This document shows positions 10,953-18,724 of a stretch of DNA of 64,000 bases, piece after piece. Positions within the stretch are counted from its first letter, which is position 1, and each line of letters opens with the position of its first letter. The stretch is from contig OY969724.1 of the NCBI GenBank assembly GCA_963702205.1, positions 1,664,001-1,728,000 on the forward strand, given 5' to 3'. The stretch is from an uncultured candidate division Zixibacteria bacterium (lineage in GTDB: Bacteria; Zixibacteria; MSB-5A5; GN15; PGXB01). The translations under genes and the position numbers were made by a program. The notes under the pieces are model-generated. The model saw only the letters and a list, made by a program, of their open reading frames with translations. It ran no database searches and was not told the origin of the DNA.

Positions 10953-10981
10953 TGCCGATATCGGAAATGGGAGATAAATAG

Positions 10982-12304
10982 ATGAATAAGAACGAAAGTC
11001 TGGAACTGGCGCACTGGGCGATCAAGGTCGCACAAAAAAACGGGGCCGACCAGGCCTCGGTGGACATCAGCAAGTCGCGCAATATAAGCGTCTCGTATCA
11101 TGACCGAAAACCGGAAAACCTGAACGAATCGACTCAAAACGGTTTGAGCCTGCGCGTGTTCGCCAACAATCGCTTTTCCAGTCACAATACGAGCAATCTC
11201 AAGAAAGACGCGTTGGAGAAATTTATCGGCGAAGCCGTGTCCCTGACCAAATACCTCGGCGAAGATAAATTCCGGACGCTGCCCGACCCGAAGTACTACG
11301 AGGGTAAGAAAGTCGTCGATCTGAAAATTGACGACGCCGATTACGATAATATAACGTCGAAGCAGCGAGTCGAGCTGGCGGAAAAACTCGAAGACATCAC
11401 CCTGGCCAAAAGCGACAAAATCATATCGTGCACGTCGGAGTATGGCGACACGAAATCATTCAGCGTCAAACTTAACAGCAACGGCTTCGAGGGGTCTCAC
11501 GAAGAAACCGATTATTACTGTTACGTGACGACGACCTTCATGGACGGCAACGGTGGCCGCCCGAGCGATTTCGATTATACTGAGGTCAAATACTTCAGGA
11601 ATCTGGCGCCGCTTGAACAACTGGCGAAAAACACGATCGAACGTACCGAACGCAAACTCGGTCAGACCAAACTCGCGTCGGGTAAATACGATATGATCGT
11701 GGAAAACCGTACGGCCACCCGCCTTTTGGGGTCGTTGTTCAATGCTATGCAGGGACGAGCCCTGCAGCAGAAGAGTTCTTTCCTGCTCGATAAGCTGGGG
11801 CAGAAGATCGCTTCGGACAAACTGACATTTGTCGATGATCCTTTTATCGAGGGCGGTATGGGGTCGTCCCTTTTCGACGGCGAAGGTATGGCTACCCGAA
11901 AGCGCATCATGATCGACAAAGGCGTCCTGCAGTCATATTATATCGATACCTATTACGCCAACAAAATGGGTGTCGAGCCGACCGGCGGTTCGAGGACGAA
12001 CGTCGTCATCGAGCCGGGAAATAAATCGCTCGACGACCTGATCGCCCAGTGTAAGAAAGGCATCTTCGTGACCAGTTTTGTGGGCGGCAATTCCAACAGT
12101 ACGACCGGAGATTTCTCCACCGGGATTATTGGGATGTACGTCGAGAACGGGAAGATCGTCAAACCGGTTAACGAAATGAACATCACCGGCAATCACAATG
12201 ACATTTGGAATCAGATGGTCGACGTGGGCAATGACATGTATACCATATCGTCGTGGCGTCGTCCCAGCCTGTATTTTACGGATATCGAATTCAGCGGTAT
12301 CTGA
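10982..12304 (+). CDS. pmbA: TldE/PmbA partner subunit
   Basis: FDGEG, NSTTGDFS and PVNEMNITGN motifs, no HExxH. Directly follows tldD. Confidence 0.9.
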   Translation: MNKNESLELAHWAIKVAQKNGADQASVDISKSRNISVSYHDRKPENLNESTQNGLSLRVFANNRFSSHNTSNLKKDALEKFIGEAVSLTKYLGEDKFRTLPDPKYYEGKKVVDLKIDDADYDNITSKQRVELAEKLEDITLAKSDKIISCTSEYGDTKSFSVKLNSNGFEGSHEETDYYCYVTTTFMDGNGGRPSDFDYTEVKYFRNLAPLEQLAKNTIERTERKLGQTKLASGKYDMIVENRTATRLLGSLFNAMQGRALQQKSSFLLDKLGQKIASDKLTFVDDPFIEGGMGSSLFDGEGMATRKRIMIDKGVLQSYYIDTYYANKMGVEPTGGSRTNVVIEPGNKSLDDLIAQCKKGIFVTSFVGGNSNSTTGDFSTGIIGMYVENGKIVKPVNEMNITGNHNDIWNQMVDVGNDMYTISSWRRPSLYFTDIEFSGI

Positions 12305-12323
12305 TTCGTATACTTGATCTTAC

Positions 12324-12359
12324 AAAGCCGCCGGTTTTATATCCGGCGGCTTTTTTTTT
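12324..12359 (+). terminator. Rho-independent terminator
   Basis: AAAGCCGCCGG-loop-CCGGCGGC followed by T9. Confidence 0.9.
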
Positions 12360-12506
12360 GCCCGGCCCGGCCTCGTGCGAGCCATAGTGTTTATTTAATC
12401 GCTTTGGGAATATCTGCAGCTTCATTGTCGGGTTTCTCGTCCCGATAAATTGGGACCTGGAACCCGACCTGCTTTTGACTCGTGCGTTGTGATCGGCGGG
12501 TCCTCA

Positions 12507-12660
12507 GAGGCTGTCCCAAAAGTGTTCCGTCGGGTGTTGATTTCGACGTGGTCGAAATTGTCACCCGACGGAAACCGTTGAAAGACCGCAGGGTCACATC
12601 CCGACTTCGTCGGGACAAGACCACGCGGAACTTAAAAAGAGGTACTTTTGGGACAGCCTC
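12507..12660. mobile_element. 154-bp MITE with perfect 17-bp TIRs inserted in a REP-like palindrome
   Basis: GAGGCTGTCCCAAAAGT (12507-12523) and ACTTTTGGGACAGCCTC (12644-12660), with CTCA duplicated at 12503-12506 and 12661-12664. The empty site is seen at 16265-16286. Confidence 0.85.
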
Positions 12661-12852
12661 CTCAGACCCACCGCCTGACCTGCCAGCCCGAAAATCGGCC
12701 AGGCATAACCCGGCTTCTCCTGATCGATTTCAATTTTCCGGCTTTATTCAACCGTATTTAATTCTTGACTCAGCCTGTCCATTATCGCGAACATATTCGA
12801 GATTTTATTTGTTATGAGAACAAACGCGTTATAAAAATTTAGAGGGAAATGC

Positions 12853-13629
12853 ATGAATGCCAAAAGACTGGCCATCCCGGCCGTTATAATTCTGTTAATC
12901 GCCGCCATTATGTACAGCCAGGCCCCAAAAACGGAAAGCGCGGCGAAAGAACCCGCAAATACGAGCGATATGGAATCGGTTCAGGCCAAACTCGATGCCA
13001 TGAAGGCCGCCTTCGAAAAGCAGGCCCCGCCCGATATGGTGGCAGCCCTTTCCGAGGGGGTACGAGACGTGGCCGCTTCGGGGGTTCTCCAAACGGCTCT
13101 TAAGGTTGGAGACAAAGCGCCCGATTTCGAGCTGCCCGATGCCGTCGGCAAGACGGTGAAACTGTCAAACCTTCTGGCCGACGGGCCGGTGATTCTCACC
13201 TGGTACCGGGGCGTCTGGTGACCGTACTGTAACATTCAGTTGAATGTTTACAACAATGAACTCGACCAATTCAAAGAGGCCGGGGCAGCGCATCTCGTGG
13301 CGATAAGCCCTCAGAATCCCGACAGCTCGTTGTCGATGAAAGAAAGACACGACCTTAAATTCGAGGTATTATCCGACGTCGGCAGTAAAGTCGCGCAGCA
13401 GTACGGGGTCTCGTACGTCCTGCCCGATATCCTTGTCAGGAAATTCAGCGGACATCTGAACCTTCAGGCGTACAACGACGATGCTTCCAACCGTTTGCCG
13501 ATCGCGGTGACTTATATAATCGGCAAGGACGGGATTATAAAATACGCCTTCCTCGATTCGGATTACAGGAAACGCGCCGAACCGGCGGGCCTTATCGCGG
13601 AACTAAAAGATATCCAGGACAGCTATTAA
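12853..13629 (+). CDS. Peroxiredoxin-like (AhpC/TSA) selenoprotein, UxxC motif, N-terminal signal/TM
   Basis: ORFs 12853-13221 and 13240-13629 are in the same frame, joined by TGA 13219-13221 in WYRGVW-U-PYCN (family motif YRGxWCPYC). A hairpin follows at 13228-13252. Confidence 0.88.
13228..13252 (+). promoter_or_regulatory. Putative bacterial SECIS element
   Basis: TGT-AACATTC-AGTT-GAATGTT-TACA stem-loop. The G-containing loop starts 16 nt after the UGA. Confidence 0.6.
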
Positions 13630-13755
13630 TGAAAATGTCGTGAAGAACTAATATCGGGTTAACATGAAGCGTTTATAATGTCAGTGCTGATACGGCATTT
13701 ACTTATCAGTATCTTGTTAGCCCAAGAGAAACAAAAGGGGTGAAGAGCCCCTTTT

Positions 13756-14067
13756 TTATTGGGGCCAGTCACCCTCGATGACGCGGGTGACATCGGTACG
13801 GCTGAAGAAATAAGGCAGCGTGTCGCCCGGGCCGCGTTTTTCTGTGACCACCAGAAACACGGTGGCATCGAAAATGGCGATGACCGTCTCTTTGGGAGAA
13901 TCTATTTCAAGCCCCTGGGCCTGTTTCCCCACTTCTATATATAAAGGCGGCTGCCAATGATAGGCCGAATTGACGTGGATGGCTTTGATATATTTATCAC
14001 GGATTTTTGTGCGCATTCTCACGGCGAGATCGTCCTTGAGTTTATTCCATTCGTCACGGTTGAGCAT
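13756..14067 (-). CDS. Hypothetical protein
   Basis: 103-aa ORF with natural composition, bounded by hairpins at about 13733-13758 and 14088-14121. Confidence 0.65.
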   Translation of the reverse strand: MLNRDEWNKLKDDLAVRMRTKIRDKYIKAIHVNSAYHWQPPLYIEVGKQAQGLEIDSPKETVIAIFDATVFLVVTEKRGPGDTLPYFFSRTDVTRVIEGDWPQ

Positions 14068-14139
14068 AACCGTGAATATAGTACAAAAAAAACCCGCGGC
14101 AATAAAATTACCACGGGTTTTAGGGGGAGATTGGAATTT

Positions 14140-14726
14140 TTACTTTTTAATACGCCGTTTGATTCCCAGCCCGAGGAGCCCAAGGCCCATCAGAAGCATC
14201 GATCCCGGTTCCGGGACGACCGTCTGTGTATCGGGACGGAGAATGTAATAACCATCGGCGTTACTGGCGGTGTTCCAGCCATGGCCCCCGGCGCGTCCGT
14301 CTTTGGAATAAAAGTCGCCTTCAATTGGATTACGCCAGGAATAGAAGCTGTATTGGCCGGATGACCAGTCCATTTTCATGGCCGATTCGATACCGTCTTT
14401 GTTTCCGAATTCGACACCGTAGCCCGAATAATCCCAGAAGTCGTTGTGTGTGACATTGGGAGAGACTTCAATAGTCAAGTGACTGGGTTCCCCAATGAGT
14501 GAATTTCCGTCAAGATCGGTCAGCCAGGTACCTGGTAGAACCAGGAATGGTCAGCCTGCTCATCAACCTGCCAGGCAATCTTAAAGCCGTTATAGCCCCA
14601 GTTTCCGGTGGCATCGACGCCTTGATTGGACGTCAACATCCCGTTGAACGAAGACAATTGCGCGCTGGCCGACGAGGCGATGACAAGAACCGCCAGGGTG
14701 ATAATGGTCAGCAGTGATTTTTTCAT
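14140..14726 (-). CDS. PEP-CTERM sorting-domain protein (apparent frameshift at ~14530)
   Basis: C-terminal VPEPGSMLLMGLGLLGLGIKRRIKK. The signal peptide MKKSLLTIITLAVLVIASSASA is in another frame. Removing 2 bases at CAGGTACCTGG gives WFYQYWLTDLDG and joins the two parts. Confidence 0.85.
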
Positions 14727-14786
14727 GGTGCCAGTATCCCATATGTTGATTTTATACTTTTCAAATATAGTTAACACATGGGAAAG

Positions 14787-14802
14787 AGCATAAATTATGC
14801 CC
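14787..14802 (-). promoter_or_regulatory. Candidate sigma-54 promoter of the PEP-CTERM gene
   Basis: Minus strand reads GGGCATAATTTATGCT (GG-N10-GC), about 60 nt upstream of ATG 14726. Confidence 0.5.
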
Positions 14803-15246
14803 GGTCTTGGCGATTGGACAAATGTGGAGCGTTTATATCTATTATTAAAATAAGGCCGAAACGCTGAGCTAAACGACCCACCCGAGTGCTGTTTCGGTAT
14901 TGCCGTGTAATGGGATGCACTGCAATGAGTTGATGGAGGGGATAATTCACTGATTAAACGCTTTTCCTGCTTTCAATCTCAGGGAAATCGTTGATTTATG
15001 GAAATTGACAGCAATTTTTATTTCGAGAAAACCTATTATCGCCCAAAATCACGAAGTTATGAACGAAATTGCGCAGACGATTTCACATAAAAATGAAACA
15101 ACTTGCACGTATGTTGTTGTTATATATTATGATAGAGATATGGGAAAAGGAGTAAAAATATCGTATTGCGATAGATTCGCGCTTGCCTTTTGCCGATTTT
15201 ATATTATAATGAGGCGCTTTTTTAAAACAATACGAGAATTGAGGTT

Positions 15247-15582
15247 ATGTTAAAAGTAAGCGACACTGCCAAAACCGAACTGGACAAGATCCTGGCCTCC
15301 GATATGGCCAAAGACCGGCAGCTTATTCTGTTCTTTCAGGGGGCTGGCTGAAGCGGCCCGGTTATCGGTATGACTCTGGCGGAGTCAACCGACGGCCTGG
15401 TCAGGCTGGAATCGAACGGACTGAGTGCCTATATCGAGCCGGGGCTGAACGAACATATCGAACGGATGGGCGACATCAATATCGATTTTGTCAATAATGC
15501 CATGGGTTCCGGATATACGATTACCGTCGGCGAACCAGGTGACTGCTCGTCCGACTGCGGCTCCAAAGGCTGCAGTTGTTAG
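15247..15582 (+). CDS. HesB/IscA-like selenoprotein
   Basis: ATG 15247 after GAGG reads MLKVSDTAKTELDKILASDMAKDRQLILFFQGAG-U(TGA 15349-15351)-SGPVIGMTL and continues in frame into the listed ORF 15370-15582. The adjacent paralog has Cys at this site. C-terminal CSSDCGSKGCSC. Confidence 0.92.
15365..15392 (+). promoter_or_regulatory. Putative bacterial SECIS element
   Basis: TCGGT-A-TGACTC-TGGCG-GAGTCA-ACCGA stem-loop with a bulge, loop 25 nt after the UGA. The pairing is absent from the Cys paralog. Confidence 0.7.
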
Positions 15583-15615
15583 CCGGTAATTGACATTTCT
15601 AATTTTAGATTTAAT

Positions 15616-15648
15616 AAGCCAAATCTCTTTATGAGGTTTGGCTTTTTT
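15616..15648 (+). terminator. Rho-independent terminator
   Basis: AAGCCAAATCTC-TTTAT-GAGGTTTGGCTT followed by a T run. Confidence 0.75.
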
Positions 15649-15749
15649 ATTCCGCTTCTGCATGCTCATGTGCTTTCATTTTTGCTTGATTTATCGTAAC
15701 ATTTTATTAGTTTGACCGATAGAAGCGAAAAGACGAAAGGATGATTTGC

Positions 15750-16085
15750 ATGCTGTTAGTTTCCGATATCGCCCGGGATGAACTTCTGAAAGTTCTCGAA
15801 TCAGACATGGCTAACGATAAAGACCTTATTCTGTTTTATCAGGGGTCGGGCTGCCGGGGCCCGGTGCTGGGGATGACTCTCGGTGAACATACCGAAGATA
15901 TGACCAAAATCGATTCCAACCGGATCGAAGCCTATATCGAAAATTCGCTGCTCGACAGCCTCGTCAAGATCGGCGATATTCATATCGATTTCATCACCAA
16001 TGACCTCGGTGCGGGGTATTCGATTGTGGTCGGCGAGGACCGTTGCTCGACCGGCGGATGCAGCTGTTCCGGCGGCGGTCATTAG
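15750..16085 (+). CDS. HesB/IscA-like protein (Cys paralog)
   Basis: MLLVSDIARDEL...LILFYQGSGCRGPVLGMTL...CSTGGCSC, colinear with 15247-15582. Confidence 0.9.
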   Translation: MLLVSDIARDELLKVLESDMANDKDLILFYQGSGCRGPVLGMTLGEHTEDMTKIDSNRIEAYIENSLLDSLVKIGDIHIDFITNDLGAGYSIVVGEDRCSTGGCSCSGGGH

Positions 16086-16104
16086 TCTGATCGTTTCGAA
16101 TTTT

Positions 16105-16132
16105 AAAAGCCCCTCGATGAGGGGCTTTTTTT
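16105..16132 (+). terminator. Rho-independent terminator
   Basis: AAAAGCCCCTC-GAT-GAGGGGC followed by T7. Confidence 0.85.
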
Positions 16133-16254
16133 ATGGCGTCGGGTCACACTCATAAAAATGAGCAAGACCCGACGCAACAGGTACAGGATTCCCACCGCTA
16201 ATCCTTCATAAGATTCAGGACCTTCGGCCGGTGGGGCACCCAGACCATCAACGT

Positions 16255-16500
16255 ACATTGTGATCGGTGGGTCCTCAGACCCACCGTCAACCCGGTCGAT
16301 CTGAGGATCGACCGGGCACAACGCGATTAATGAGTGCGCCGGTTACAATGTCATTCCCGACCTGATCGGAAATCCAGTCTTTCTTTAGAAGATACAAGGG
16401 CAGGACCGCCTGCACTGAGTATTCGAGGTGAGCTTTGCGAAGTGGTCCTGCCATCTTGCTTGGTTTGGCGGCGGGTCTGAGGACCCACCGATCACAACGT
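16255..16500. repeat. Cluster of REP-like palindromes
   Basis: CGGTGGGTCCTCAGACCCACCG (16265-16286), an inverted copy (16469-16490), the variant CCCGGTCGATCTGAGGATCGACCGGG (16291-16316), and TGTCATTCCCGACCTGATCGGAAATCCAG (~16349). Confidence 0.75.
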
Positions 16501-16518
16501 ACGAAATGCTCCAGATGC

Positions 16519-17619
16519 CTAATTACCAAAGAAATCTGAATTGCAGGCTTTAATTTGTTCGATATGAGATGGCAGCGTCAACCCGGTCTCTTGGGCGAAG
16601 TTGGAATCTGTCAAGTGCGCGGCAGATGTCCACAGGCCTCCTGAGCTTCGAAGGATCTGCCCGCCTTCGTACGCTTTTAGAATTTCTGCTTTCAAACATT
16701 CCGCCGACAGAGCTTCCATCTTCAACGCCGAGCCTTCATCCATCAGTTCACCCGCGCCGACATGAGGGGAGAGTACCACCGGAGTTCCGCACTGCACCGA
16801 TTCGACCGCCGCCAGTCCGAACGGCTCGTACTGCGACGGCATAAGAGTCACATCGGCGGCGGCATACAGTTTCGGCATGTCGGTCACGTAGCCGAGATAT
16901 TTAACCCTATGTTCCGGCAGCGATTCATCGGGGCGACTGCCCGCGATCGCCAGTTGAAAATCTTTTTGTGGCAGGGCGGCGAAGGCACCGAGGACCAAAT
17001 CCAATCCTTTGCGTTTATGTCCGGTCGAGACGAACAATAGTACAAATCGGTCTTTATCAAGATTGAATTCTTCTTTGAGTTTTAATTGATCGTGTTTCAG
17101 TTCCGGACGAAATTTGTCGCCGTCGACCGGAGGATAGATCACTCTCATTTTGTCATCGGAGACGCCATACAGCTGCGCGAGTTCTTTTTTCATCATCTCC
17201 GAATGCGGAATGATGACCGGGGTGGAATCGTAGCAGTTTCTTTCATGGCTGATTTCGAGTTGATCCATAAGGCTCGGCCTTTTCATGATGTACTGCAGGT
17301 AACCTTTATGAGTCCCGCCGCAGACGATCATCTTCTGTCCGGTCGAACGGGTGACCGATAAACTCAGGTCGTACTTGAGCTTTTTCATCACGCCCGGAAG
17401 CCGCCCTGAGAAAAAGATTTTGCGAAGCGGCTTGGGGATTATTTTGACGTCGTTCTTGACCACTTTGCAACGATCTAAATAGGGCGTTTTCTCGTCGACT
17501 TTGGAAGTCACGAGAGTCACTTCATCACCGGCGTCGGAAAATCCCTTGACCAGGTCGATCAAATATCTTTCCATGCCGCCCCGGCTGATGTACTGGTGAT
17601 GTATGAGTGCAATTTTCAT
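16519..17619 (-). CDS. Glycosyltransferase family 4 (RfaG/WaaG-like)
   Basis: RGGMERY, HKRKGL and YEPFGLAAVES GT-B motifs. Confidence 0.92.
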   Translation of the reverse strand: MKIALIHHQYISRGGMERYLIDLVKGFSDAGDEVTLVTSKVDEKTPYLDRCKVVKNDVKIIPKPLRKIFFSGRLPGVMKKLKYDLSLSVTRSTGQKMIVCGGTHKGYLQYIMKRPSLMDQLEISHERNCYDSTPVIIPHSEMMKKELAQLYGVSDDKMRVIYPPVDGDKFRPELKHDQLKLKEEFNLDKDRFVLLFVSTGHKRKGLDLVLGAFAALPQKDFQLAIAGSRPDESLPEHRVKYLGYVTDMPKLYAAADVTLMPSQYEPFGLAAVESVQCGTPVVLSPHVGAGELMDEGSALKMEALSAECLKAEILKAYEGGQILRSSGGLWTSAAHLTDSNFAQETGLTLPSHIEQIKACNSDFFGN

Positions 17620-17702
17620 AAATCTATTTTGTTACCATATTGCTGTTCATTTTTTGAACAGGCCAGCACCGACCATAATAGCGCCTATGCATCAATTAAT
17701 CA

Positions 17703-17718
17703 TGGCATTTTTTTTGCG
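17703..17718 (+). promoter_or_regulatory. Candidate sigma-54 promoter
   Basis: TGGCATTTTTTTTGCG, canonical GG-N10-GC spacing, about 85 nt upstream of ATG 17802. Confidence 0.55.
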
Positions 17719-17801
17719 CTATATACCTTCGGAAATATAGACAATATACCTGTAACTGCAATAATATTCGGCACTTGGGCCGTTTAAAAAGGCAGGCCAA
17801 T

Positions 17802-18653
17802 ATGAAAAAAGCGCTACTTCTTTTCACACTTGGAATCTTTCTCTGCAATATAACGCCGGCTCTGGCGGAATCGCCGTATTATGCCGGTAAGATCGTCGTG
17901 GAAAATAAAACGGTCGAGCCCGGCCAGTCGTTCGTGATTAAAATCCGTCTGCAAAACAACAGCTTCAACCTGACCGGAATCAAAATCCCGCTGCGTATAA
18001 GCAGCTCGAGTCTTACCTGCAGTTACGTCGGTTTCGGCGGATCAGTCAAAAATGCCGAGATGACAAGCTATTATGGGATCGATGGCCGCAATATAGAGAT
18101 CGCGTATATTCCCGCTGTAATCGATCCGATGGCCGTGGTCAGCGTCGATTCCGGAATTATCGCCACATTATATATGACCGCCGCGGCCGGTGCGCCCGAT
18201 GAAAACGTCACAATCTCGCCAATCTCGGAAATAACACCCGTGTCTTTCGCGGGACAGACTCTTTATAAAGCGACCCGCCCGGAATTTATGGACGCCACCG
18301 GCTTGTATGTCCTGACGCCTCAGTTCGAGGGCGGCAATATTGCAATTCAGCTGGCTTCGGGTGTCGACGACGGCCCGAACATGATCCCGACCGAGTTTGC
18401 GCTCCACCAGAATTATCCCAACCCGTTTAATCCATCGACCCACATCTCGTTCGACCTGCCGTCGCGCAGTTTTGTCAGTCTCGATGTTTACGACCTGCTG
18501 GGTCGAAGGGTGGCGACGCTGGCCGACGGTGTTCTGGAGTCGGGTCGCCACGAGCTGGAATGGGACGCCTCGAATTATCCCAGCGGGCTGTATCTGTATC
18601 GCCTCAAAACCGATGCCGGAGTTCTGACCAAAAAGATGGTTCTCATGAAATAA
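17802..18653 (+). CDS. Secreted cohesin-like domain protein with T9SS type-A/FlgD-like C-terminal tail
   Basis: Signal peptide; beta-rich domain (VEPGQSFVIKIRL...GIKIPL...SGIIATLYM) resembling cohesin; tail LHQNYPNPFNP...SGLYLYRL...KKMVLMK. Confidence 0.75.
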   Translation: MKKALLLFTLGIFLCNITPALAESPYYAGKIVVENKTVEPGQSFVIKIRLQNNSFNLTGIKIPLRISSSSLTCSYVGFGGSVKNAEMTSYYGIDGRNIEIAYIPAVIDPMAVVSVDSGIIATLYMTAAAGAPDENVTISPISEITPVSFAGQTLYKATRPEFMDATGLYVLTPQFEGGNIAIQLASGVDDGPNMIPTEFALHQNYPNPFNPSTHISFDLPSRSFVSLDVYDLLGRRVATLADGVLESGRHELEWDASNYPSGLYLYRLKTDAGVLTKKMVLMK

Positions 18654-18724
18654 AGGTCTTGTTGGATTGTGCCGATTAATGGAGAGAAAGCCGCCAAGAC
18701 GGCGTTTTTTCCAATATGAATGAA

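Noticed and set aside
13240..13629. Separate 129-aa ORF, and likewise 15370-15582
   Set aside because: Each is the in-frame continuation after a Sec UGA, not an independent gene.
14835..14900. Imperfect hairpin CCGAAAC...GTTTCGG upstream of the PEP-CTERM gene as a riboswitch
   Set aside because: It matches no riboswitch consensus I can recognise and lies upstream of the candidate promoter.
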